The notes beneath the pieces are model-generated. The model saw only the letters and a program-made list of their open reading frames with translations. It searched no databases and was not told where the DNA came from. A stretch of DNA of 64,000 nt from an uncultured Acidobacteriota bacterium (GTDB lineage Bacteria > Acidobacteriota > UBA6911 > RPQK01 > JAPXNP01): assembly GCA_963823995.1 (NCBI GenBank), contig CAWGNQ010000005.1, forward strand, positions 514,510 to 578,509, read 5' to 3'. Positions 20,341 through 28,574 of the stretch are shown piece after piece; the stretch's first letter is position 1; every line of letters starts with the position of its first letter. The position numbers and the translations under genes were made by a program.

Positions 20341-21930
20341 ATGAAAACGAAAGACCTGATAGACAGCCGGAAAATCGTAGCCCGGCCGCCGCAGGCTGCC
20401 GGACTCGACGGCGGCTCCGCCGCGCGCATCCTTTTCGGAGCTGCGCTCCTCCTGATGGTATTGGGCGCAGTAGATGTTGTCGGACTTGCACAGGTCGCGC
20501 CCGAGAGTGAGAAGATCGACATTCTTCCGCCCGAGGAACTGCTTCCCCCGCTCGGAGTTGACGATCCGGCGGTTGCCAAGGTACTCGAAAAGCTGAACGC
20601 CCTCACCCCTTACGAGGTGCCGGATCTCGGATTGAAGCAGGAGAGCAACTACGCCAACACGGCCGTGGACGTCGAGCCGTTTCGGGGAGTCAAACCATTC
20701 AAGGAACACTTCCTCCTTCAGATGGAGTACACCGGCCCCGGCCGTACGATCCCGGAGCCGGAAAATCTCGGCTCGGTCAAGCTCGGCTTTATCGGGCCGA
20801 TCATGTCCACCGTCAGCGTGGCGACCGGCGGCAAGAGCCACGAAGAACCGCTGGGGATCCAGATGCTGCGCGGCTGCCGACTGGCGATCGAACAGGCCAA
20901 TGCCCGCGGCGGCTACCTCAAGCGGCACCTTCCTTTCGAACTCGTGATCAGCAACGACAACGGTTTGTGGGGTGCCTCGGGGAACGAAATCATCAAGATG
21001 GCCTACGATCAACACGTCTGGGCCATCCTCGGGACGATCGACGGAGCCAACAGCCACATCGCAATCCGGGTCGCACTGAAGGCCGAGGTCGCGATGATGA
21101 ACTCGGGCGATACGGACCCAACGTTCATCGAAACGAATATCCCGTGGGTATTTCGCTGCATCAGTGACGACCGCCAGATGGGCTATCTCCTGGTCGACTT
21201 CCTGTACCGCAAGCTGGGGTTCGAACGGGTGGGGATCATTCGGGCCTCCAACCGATACGGCCGCTTTGGAGTGCGCGAGGTGCGTGACGGCAGTCGTCGC
21301 ATGGAGAAACCGATCACGCTGGAGATGGCCTACCGTCTCGGTGAAGATGACTTCTCGCTCCAGTTGGAACGTCTCAATGCCACGCACCCCGATGCGATCG
21401 TGCACTGGGGTGACGCAGCCGAAGGAGCACTGATCCTCAATCAGATGCGCAAGATGGGCATGAACCAGCCGTTCTTTGGCTGCGATCGGCATGTCTCCCC
21501 AGAGTTCGTCGAGAATGCCGGCAAGAATGCCGAGGGCGTCTGGGCAGTCTACCCCTGGAACCCTGAGCGACCGGATCCGAAACTGGCCGCCTTCCGGGAA
21601 ATCTTTCACAGGCGGTTCGGAGTCGATGCGGATACCTACGCCGCGCATGCCTATGACGGTATGAACATGCTCATCTGGGCCACCCAGGTTGCCGGTCTGA
21701 ATCGGGCGCGCGTCCGCGATGTCCTGGCCTACCGTGCCAAACCCTGGCCGGGTGTCACCGGAAACATCGCCATGAGCGCCGCGCTCGACGACGTGGGCGA
21801 GGTCTCTCTGGCCCACTTCGAAGACGGGCACTGGAAGTACTACACACGCGAGGAGCTCGAAATCCCTCGTGGCCATATTCCAGCCCGGGATCGGGTCAGT
21901 CGTGAAACCTCCGATACGGAAAACCGCTAA
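20341..21930 (+). CDS. Periplasmic binding protein, LivK/branched-chain amino acid ABC-type family (Peripla_BP_6)
   Basis: Type I periplasmic binding protein fold features along the length. N-terminal hydrophobic anchor or signal. Starts 6 nt after the preceding stop. Confidence 0.85.
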   Translation: MKTKDLIDSRKIVARPPQAAGLDGGSAARILFGAALLLMVLGAVDVVGLAQVAPESEKIDILPPEELLPPLGVDDPAVAKVLEKLNALTPYEVPDLGLKQESNYANTAVDVEPFRGVKPFKEHFLLQMEYTGPGRTIPEPENLGSVKLGFIGPIMSTVSVATGGKSHEEPLGIQMLRGCRLAIEQANARGGYLKRHLPFELVISNDNGLWGASGNEIIKMAYDQHVWAILGTIDGANSHIAIRVALKAEVAMMNSGDTDPTFIETNIPWVFRCISDDRQMGYLLVDFLYRKLGFERVGIIRASNRYGRFGVREVRDGSRRMEKPITLEMAYRLGEDDFSLQLERLNATHPDAIVHWGDAAEGALILNQMRKMGMNQPFFGCDRHVSPEFVENAGKNAEGVWAVYPWNPERPDPKLAAFREIFHRRFGVDADTYAAHAYDGMNMLIWATQVAGLNRARVRDVLAYRAKPWPGVTGNIAMSAALDDVGEVSLAHFEDGHWKYYTREELEIPRGHIPARDRVSRETSDTENR

Positions 21931-23143
21931 CGTTCCCGCTTGGGCAACCTGTCTTGCGGCGGCCCTGGTAGTCATGGCCGGTCCGGCCGGTCGGTCCGGT
22001 CCGCTCTGGGGACAGGATGACCCGGCCCCGTTTTTCGACGGGCGAAAGGCCGTACACGACTATGCGGGACCGGGCCGGGACGATCCGATCCCGGACGACC
22101 TGAGTGAGATCCGCATCGGCTACTTCGGACCGGACGACCCGGACGATCCCAACCACGGCGATCTGTGGTTGGCGGCCTGCATGGCGGTCGACGAGATCAA
22201 CGCCGCCGGGGGATATCACGGCATGCCCTTTCGACTGTTGCCGGCCTGGTCGGAAAATCCCTGGGGCAGCGGAGTCAGCAGGATGGCGCGCATGGTCTTC
22301 GGTGAGCGGATCCTGGCCGTGATCGGAGGAGCCGACGGGGCCACCGCCCATCTGGCCGAACAGATCGTCGCCAAAGCTCTCCTGCCGCTCCTGAATCCGG
22401 GGTCGACCGATCGCACGGCGAACCTCGCACATGTGCCCTGGATCTTCTCCTGCCTTCCCGGGGGCCGGGCGGAAGCTGTCGTCGTCGCCGACAGTCTGCT
22501 CGACGACGTCGGCGCCAAGCCCTTCCTGCTGATCTCCGCGACGGACCACGATTCCCGGGCCCTGACGGAAGAAGTGCGCGATGAACTCGCCGGGCGGGGC
22601 ATGGCACCGGCACGTCATCTCGAGGTTGACTCCGCTGAAGGGCGCGATCTGACGATTCTCTCGTCCGGACTTCTTTCGGAGATCGGTCCGGCGGCTGTCG
22701 TATTGATCGCCGGACCTGCGGTCTCGGCCCGCGTTCTGGCGCGAATCCGACCCTACTTCGACGGCCCGGTCTACGGCTCCTCATCCCTGGCACGGACTGC
22801 TTTTCGACGGCTGGTCGGAGACGACCACGGGATACTTCGCTTTGCTTTCCCCGCCGATTTCGCAGGCGTCGAGACGTTCTCCCGACATTTCCATGACGTC
22901 TACGGGCGCGACGCCGATTTTGCAGCGGCCCAGACCTACGATGCCCTTCATCTGTTCGCGGCGGCTCTCGAACGGTCGGGGCCGAATCGTGCGCGTCTGG
23001 GAGACGCACTGCGGAGCCTCTCGCCCTGGCATGGTGCAGCCGGGCCGATCGAGTGGGACAAGACCGGACAAAACACACGCCCTATGACGATGGCAACGCT
23101 CGAGAATGGCCGGATTCGACCATTGAACGGAACGGGCAGGTGA
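21869..23143 (+). CDS. Second LivK-type periplasmic binding protein (Peripla_BP_6)
   Basis: Paralogous to the previous gene. Signal peptide NVPAWATCLAAALVVMAGPAG. Start is either the ATG at 21869 or the GTG at 21902, both overlapping the upstream gene. No ABC permease or ATPase anywhere in the window. Confidence 0.8.
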   Translation: MAIFQPGIGSVVKPPIRKTANVPAWATCLAAALVVMAGPAGRSGPLWGQDDPAPFFDGRKAVHDYAGPGRDDPIPDDLSEIRIGYFGPDDPDDPNHGDLWLAACMAVDEINAAGGYHGMPFRLLPAWSENPWGSGVSRMARMVFGERILAVIGGADGATAHLAEQIVAKALLPLLNPGSTDRTANLAHVPWIFSCLPGGRAEAVVVADSLLDDVGAKPFLLISATDHDSRALTEEVRDELAGRGMAPARHLEVDSAEGRDLTILSSGLLSEIGPAAVVLIAGPAVSARVLARIRPYFDGPVYGSSSLARTAFRRLVGDDHGILRFAFPADFAGVETFSRHFHDVYGRDADFAAAQTYDALHLFAAALERSGPNRARLGDALRSLSPWHGAAGPIEWDKTGQNTRPMTMATLENGRIRPLNGTGR

Positions 23144-23229
23144 GGGGCTAGTGTCGTTTCCTCACTTCATTCGGGCTCTGATTCTCGCTTCGTGCGTAAC
23201 GCGTAACACGGACGCCAGGATCAGCATTT

Positions 23230-24897
23230 TCACCGCTTCGGCGTTGGATCCTCTTCAGTCAACACCCGTTTCAGCACTTTTCCCAGAGCACTCTTGGGCA
23301 GCTCATCCACGAATTCGACCTGCCGCGGTATCTTGAACTTCGAGAGCTTGTCCCGACAGAAGTCGACAACCTCCGACTTGGTCAAATCCTGTCCCTTTTC
23401 CAAAACGACATAGGCTTTGACGACTTCCTCCCGAACCCTGCTCGGTTTTCCGACGACGGCCACCTCCACGATCTTTGGGTGCTGATGCAAAACCTCCTCG
23501 ACTTCCCTAGGGTAGACATTCATCCCGGCGCTGATGATCACATCCTTCTTCCGGTCGACGACGCGGAAGTAGCCATCCTCGTCCATGACCGCCATGTCGC
23601 CGGTGTACAGCCAGCCTTCGCGCAGCGCGCCGGCTGTCTCATCGGGGCGCTGCCAGTAACCCTTCATGACCTGCGGTCCCTTGAGTGCCAACTCCCCCAC
23701 CTCCCCCGGAGGAACCGTCGCCCCACTGTCGAGATCCACGATCCGGGCATCTGTGTCGGAAATCGGAATACCGATCGTGCCGTTCTTGCGATGGCCCATC
23801 AGCGGATTGACGATGACGACCGGCGACGTCTCCGTCAGTCCGTACCCTTCGACCAGGCGACCGCCGGTCCTCTCTTCGAAGCGAGCTTGCACGTCCGCCG
23901 GAAGCGCCGCGCCACCACTGACGCACAGTTTGATCGAGGACACATCCTCGGCCGTCAGGCCCGGATACCGGTTCAGTGCGTTGTACATGGACGGAACGGC
24001 GCAGAAGATCGTGGGCCGGTGTTTCTTGACGGCTTTGGCAACATCGGCCAGATCGAACCGGGGCAGCAGGACCATTGCAGATTGAGCGATCACAGACAGG
24101 TGCATTCCCGTCGTCATTCCGTAGCTGTGGAAGAACGGCAGGACGCACAACAGGACTTCCCGCTTGTCCTCCATGCTCCAGAGCCAGTTTCGGGTCTGTT
24201 GAACATTGGTGATAACGTTGCGGTGTGTGAGCTCGGCCCCTTTTGAAAGGCCGGTCGTCCCACCTGTGTAGAGCAGCATGGCCGTGTCGGCGGTCGCCAC
24301 GTGCGTACCCGGGTGACGTGGCCAGCCTCTTTTGATCAGGTTGCGGTAGAGATAGATCCCGGATTCCGGCGCTCCTTGCACAGCCGGCTTGTTCTTCAGC
24401 CCATAGAGAAACCCGAGCAGAAAGGGGAGGAAATCACGGACCGACATCACCACGACAGTCCGGACGCCGGTCCGCGAGACGACTTTCCGTAGCGTGGGAA
24501 AGAGCTTGTCGAGGACGACGACCGTCTCGGCTCCAGAATCGTTCAGCTGATGTGCGAGCTCGCGCTCGACATACAGAGGATTCGTCGGCACCAGAATCCC
24601 GCCCAGTTTGGCTACAGCGAAATGAGCAATCGGATAACCGGGAAAATTGGGAAGGATCAGGGCAACCCGATCGCCTTTGTGGACACCCAGCCCCGCCAAT
24701 GCATCCGCCAGCGCGTCGACCCGTCGGTTCAGTTCGAGGTAGGTGAGCCTGGCGCCCACGAAGTGGGTCGCCACGCCTTGAGGGTTCTCCTCGGACGCCA
24801 TTTGAAGCATCTGATAGAGGTTCAGATCCGAGTACTCTCCAGAGACGGGAACCTCCGGCTCATAGAATCGGTGCCAAGGTCGGGACTCCAATACCAC
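23230..24897 (-). CDS. fadD: Long-chain fatty-acid--CoA ligase (AMP-binding, FadD-like)
   Basis: AMP-binding signature LLYTGGTTGLSKGAELTHRN. GYGLTET. C-terminal PKSALGKVLKR. Confidence 0.9.
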   Translation of the reverse strand: MVLESRPWHRFYEPEVPVSGEYSDLNLYQMLQMASEENPQGVATHFVGARLTYLELNRRVDALADALAGLGVHKGDRVALILPNFPGYPIAHFAVAKLGGILVPTNPLYVERELAHQLNDSGAETVVVLDKLFPTLRKVVSRTGVRTVVVMSVRDFLPFLLGFLYGLKNKPAVQGAPESGIYLYRNLIKRGWPRHPGTHVATADTAMLLYTGGTTGLSKGAELTHRNVITNVQQTRNWLWSMEDKREVLLCVLPFFHSYGMTTGMHLSVIAQSAMVLLPRFDLADVAKAVKKHRPTIFCAVPSMYNALNRYPGLTAEDVSSIKLCVSGGAALPADVQARFEERTGGRLVEGYGLTETSPVVIVNPLMGHRKNGTIGIPISDTDARIVDLDSGATVPPGEVGELALKGPQVMKGYWQRPDETAGALREGWLYTGDMAVMDEDGYFRVVDRKKDVIISAGMNVYPREVEEVLHQHPKIVEVAVVGKPSRVREEVVKAYVVLEKGQDLTKSEVVDFCRDKLSKFKIPRQVEFVDELPKSALGKVLKRVLTEEDPTPKR

Positions 24898-25043
24898 TCC
24901 CCTCCTTCGGACAATCGGCGCCAGAAGCGCTCTTGGACTGAATTTCGACTGGTCCGAGCGACCGCGCGGGCATCGTGGTGCGGGAAAGCTCCGGCGGCCG
25001 ACTCCAAACCGTTGATTCAGGATACTCTATACTGAATCATCGC

Positions 25044-26117
25044 ATGACCATTCTAGTCATTTCCGCGCTCCTGGGCCTGGTGATCGCACTCGTCAGCGGA
25101 TTGGTGTGGCTCCTCAGCCGCCTGATCGCCGGAAAAGCGATCCGGGGCAGCCGGATTCTCAAATGGGATGGGCTCTGCTTCGTGGTCGGCTTGCCCGTCA
25201 TTCTTTTCCTGGTGCTGCCGATCCTGATGTCCTATCTGATCGCACACGCGTCGACGCGTCCCATGGATCAGAAACTCACCGAGAATCCCGCGACCTTCGG
25301 ACGTACTTATCGAGACGTGGAGTTCCAGGCCGATGACGGGGTGCACTTGAAGGGGTGGTTCCTGGCGGGCGACGGAGCCCGAACGCCGATCGTCCTTGCT
25401 CACGGGCTGTTTCGTGACCGTCACGAAGTACTGGCCCGGGCCTGTGAACTCAATTTCATCGGCTTCCCGACTCTACTTTTCGATTTTCGGAGTCACGGGC
25501 TCAGTCAGAAGGCACCGATTACGCTCGGGTACGCCGAACGGCTCGACGTGCTGGCCGCCGCCGAGTTCACAATGGACGAGACCGGCATGCGACATGTCGC
25601 TTTGCTCGGCGTGTCGATGGGCGCGACGGCCTGTGCGCTAGCGGCCGCTGAGCGGCCCTCGACGGTGACGGCCCTGGTGGCCGACAGCGCCTTCGCGACA
25701 CTCGAGACAACCGTGCGTCGTCATGTACATCTCCTCCTCGGACTCCCAAGCTTCCCCTTCTCGGATATCTTCATCTGGAATCTTTGCCGCATCGGCCACT
25801 TCAAACCTCGCGAACTGGATGTGCCGGCCGCGATGAAGAAAATTCCCTCGGTTCCGGTCCTGCTTATCTACGGCAGGGAGGACCACCGCATGACTCCAGA
25901 GGTAGCCGAAACGATTTTTGCAGCGGTCCCGAATCCGGACCGGGAACTCTGGTTCGTCGACGGTGCCGGACATGGGGCGGCCTATCGCGTCGCGCCTCGG
26001 AAGTATCTCAAACACGTCGTCGATTTTCTGAGCATCGCTACCGGAGAGAAGCCACCCATAGACAACGGCTCTACACCAGCCCCGGGTCTCCCCACACGAC
26101 CTCGAGCCCACCCGTAA
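25044..26117 (+). CDS. Alpha/beta hydrolase with N-terminal transmembrane anchor
   Basis: Nucleophile elbow GVSMG. HG oxyanion motif (LAHGLF). Two N-terminal TM helices. ATG at 25044. The ORF track starts at 24975. Confidence 0.8.
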   Translation: MTILVISALLGLVIALVSGLVWLLSRLIAGKAIRGSRILKWDGLCFVVGLPVILFLVLPILMSYLIAHASTRPMDQKLTENPATFGRTYRDVEFQADDGVHLKGWFLAGDGARTPIVLAHGLFRDRHEVLARACELNFIGFPTLLFDFRSHGLSQKAPITLGYAERLDVLAAAEFTMDETGMRHVALLGVSMGATACALAAAERPSTVTALVADSAFATLETTVRRHVHLLLGLPSFPFSDIFIWNLCRIGHFKPRELDVPAAMKKIPSVPVLLIYGREDHRMTPEVAETIFAAVPNPDRELWFVDGAGHGAAYRVAPRKYLKHVVDFLSIATGEKPPIDNGSTPAPGLPTRPRAHP

Positions 26118-27939
26118 GCACGACCGCGGAACGCCGGTGCTCCGGCGGACAAAGGAGATGGACGAACAGGAAGATGGGCGTATTCAGCCCTTGGCGGACG
26201 AGTTCGGTCGGATCGCCCTCTTCGTCACCAGCCCAGGCCGAGAAGAGCCTCAGGAACCGGCGGCGACGGCGGTACTCACCCAGCACGTGGAGGCGTTGGG
26301 CATCGCTGCGGCCCCCCACAGGATAGAGTGACTGGAGATGGCTCTGGACCGGATCTCGATCGAAAAGGTTCCGAAGCTCTTCGCTGTCGATCCAGTCCCT
26401 CCAGAACGAACCGGGACGATAGCGTTGCGGTTCCGCAAGTTCCATCGATCGCACCAGAGCGCCCCATCGCTCCTCCTGGGTGCTCGCACGCAGGGTCTCG
26501 ATCCCCTTCCGATCGATTTCCGTCACCCATGTCATCTTCAGCGTCAGAGGAAAGGCCGACGAATTCGGAATCGATGCCGTCGGAATCGCACCGACGTGCA
26601 GAGCGGGCTTCAAAAGCCGCAGGAATTCGCTGTGGGATACGCGCCCCTCCTCTTGCCGGAACCAGTTCAAACCGGAAGCCGCGCCCTGCCTTCTTTCGGC
26701 GAGAAGTCTGAAGAACTGCCGTTCATCCCACCGGTAGCGCGTCTCCTCGACCTGCCATCCTTCCTCGACGAGCAGGTGTCCGAGCGGATCGACCCGACAG
26801 CTGGTCCGATGTTCCTCGGTCCGCTCGGTGCCGAGGGTGAACCAGTTCAGGAAATTCACCTTGAGAGTCGTTCGGCGGCCGCGCAGCGCTTCCATCCGAG
26901 AAGAGATCTTGCAGCCCGGCACCGCCGAAGGAAGGTTTCCCGACAAGATATTCTGGTAGGTTCGCGAAAATTCCCGCTGCTTGGGATTCGACCATTCCAC
27001 CTCGATCAACGACTTGCGGCGCGTCCACCGTGCGAAGTCAACCGACATCAGGAGTTCGAGGCGCCTCTTCAGAGCATCATCGAGCCGGTCCCGGACGGGC
27101 TCGAGAACCGGGTCGACGAGCTTTGGCGCAAGACGCAGCCCAGCCCGCGAGGTGCCGAAAGCGCTGACCTCGATCCCGACCATCCGATCCCGAGAGTCTT
27201 GTCGACGAAGAGTCAAGAGAATCCGTTCCCCTTTTCTCTGTACGCGGAGGGCATACGTCCCTTCCCTCTCCAGGCGCGCCTGAACCGCAAGGTCCAGCCC
27301 CGCCCGAAGACGAGCTTCGAGTTCGAGAGGGCCGAACTGCGTGCCGACCTGCCATCCACGCACGAGGTCCAGATCGAGACGGACACCCAGACGGAAACGA
27401 CCTGACCAGGTCAGCTGACAGATCTGGCGGGAACCGGCCAGAAGAATCTCCTCCGGATCGAAGAGGTCCCGAAATCCGGCCCAGGTCGACAACAGGGCCT
27501 CCCGCGGTGAAAAGTCCCCGGTTGCCATGTCCACCCAGGTGTAGTTGATCCAGCTGCCGGCCCTGGCTTGGAGGATCGCCGGCCCAATTTCGCGATTCGA
27601 GGCTGAGGACACCCGTCCGACGACCGTCCACTGGACACCATAGTGTGCCTTGGGAACACGAAAATTGCCCAGAAAGGCGGATCCGGCACACAGGAGTCTG
27701 GCCTCCACTCTTCCTTCAGGACTCAGCTCCCATTTCAGTCCTTCCGGTCCCTTGGCACGCCAGGTTCTGGCGACTCGAAATGTGAAGTCGACCGTGCCGC
27801 GCCCCTTCAACAGTTCCATGGGGACAGTCTCGAGCGTGCTGCGGGTGTGCCGAGAATCGAGCAGAAGCTCGACGTGGGAGCCCTCGAGCAGCTGCGAGAA
27901 TCCTCCCTGCAAGCGCCAACGCATTTCGGCTTCGAGCAT
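26071..27939 (-). CDS. Large hypothetical protein (about 620 aa, Trp-rich), no recognisable domain
   Basis: Long ORF with a protein-like, W-rich composition. The opposing + ORF 26338..27405 is Arg-rich, i.e. antisense-like. No motif recognised. Start uncertain (27939 or 27924). Confidence 0.5.
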   Translation of the reverse strand: MLEAEMRWRLQGGFSQLLEGSHVELLLDSRHTRSTLETVPMELLKGRGTVDFTFRVARTWRAKGPEGLKWELSPEGRVEARLLCAGSAFLGNFRVPKAHYGVQWTVVGRVSSASNREIGPAILQARAGSWINYTWVDMATGDFSPREALLSTWAGFRDLFDPEEILLAGSRQICQLTWSGRFRLGVRLDLDLVRGWQVGTQFGPLELEARLRAGLDLAVQARLEREGTYALRVQRKGERILLTLRRQDSRDRMVGIEVSAFGTSRAGLRLAPKLVDPVLEPVRDRLDDALKRRLELLMSVDFARWTRRKSLIEVEWSNPKQREFSRTYQNILSGNLPSAVPGCKISSRMEALRGRRTTLKVNFLNWFTLGTERTEEHRTSCRVDPLGHLLVEEGWQVEETRYRWDERQFFRLLAERRQGAASGLNWFRQEEGRVSHSEFLRLLKPALHVGAIPTASIPNSSAFPLTLKMTWVTEIDRKGIETLRASTQEERWGALVRSMELAEPQRYRPGSFWRDWIDSEELRNLFDRDPVQSHLQSLYPVGGRSDAQRLHVLGEYRRRRRFLRLFSAWAGDEEGDPTELVRQGLNTPIFLFVHLLCPPEHRRSAVVLTGGLEVVWGDPGLV

Positions 27940-28020
27940 GGGACGGAATTATCGCAGGCAGGGCTGGCGATCCCATCGAGATGGGGCGAACAGTCTCAAA
28001 TACGATTCAAAGAGAAACAC

Positions 28021-28572
28021 CTAGCTCCAACCAACGAAGTCACGGATCATCCGAGCGGTCAGCCCCCAGATCGTCTCTCCCCGGTAGTCGTAGTAGTAGA
28101 CTTCCGCCCGCTCACCTCGAACGATCCGCTCGCGCACCAGGGGCGAGGTCTCGCGGAAAAAGGCGAGCGGAACCTGCAGGACATAGGCCACTTCGGGCTC
28201 GAACGGGAGGAAGCGCGGCTGCCCGCGGATCACTCCGACGACGGGGCGCACGACGAAACCCGTAATCGCCTGGTATTCATGGAACTCACCGAGCACGTCG
28301 ACGGCATCGACGGGAATCCCGATCTCTTCTTCGGTTTCCCGTAGAGCCGTCTCGACCAGGTTCTGGTCCTGCGCTTCCCGTACGCCCCCGGGAAACGAGA
28401 TCTGCCCCTTGTGCGTCGCCACGGTTTCCGTTCGGCGGGTCAGGACGAATTGGGGTTCTCCGTCGGCCATTTGGATTGCCATCAGCACGGCGGCCTCTCC
28501 GCCGGTGCGGTCATGGAAGCGTCGTGCCTCCAGCGTGCCCAGCCGGTCGCGGATCTCGGACGAAAACGACAT
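28021..28572 (-). CDS. NUDIX hydrolase, CoA pyrophosphatase-like (NudL family)
   Basis: Nudix box GGVREAQDQNLVETALRETEEEIGI. Size about 183 aa. Confidence 0.85.
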   Translation of the reverse strand: MSFSSEIRDRLGTLEARRFHDRTGGEAAVLMAIQMADGEPQFVLTRRTETVATHKGQISFPGGVREAQDQNLVETALRETEEEIGIPVDAVDVLGEFHEYQAITGFVVRPVVGVIRGQPRFLPFEPEVAYVLQVPLAFFRETSPLVRERIVRGERAEVYYYDYRGETIWGLTARMIRDFVGWS

Positions 28573-28574
28573 AA

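Noticed and set aside
19216-21975. 919-aa minus-strand ORF spanning the Reg_prop and binding-protein genes
   Set aside because: Typical high-GC antisense open frame (R/G/D/V-rich). The plus-strand genes have signal peptides and clear family features.
22275-23078. 267-aa minus ORF with extreme Arg content
   Set aside because: Antisense of the second LivK-type binding protein gene.
23143-23230. Hairpin GTGAGGggctagtgtcgtttCCTCAC between the convergent binding-protein and fadD genes
   Set aside because: Only a 6-bp stem with a 14-nt loop and no following T-run. Too weak to call a terminator.
26338-27405. 355-aa plus ORF opposite the hypothetical protein
   Set aside because: Arg-rich composition. 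The minus-strand partner is more protein-like.
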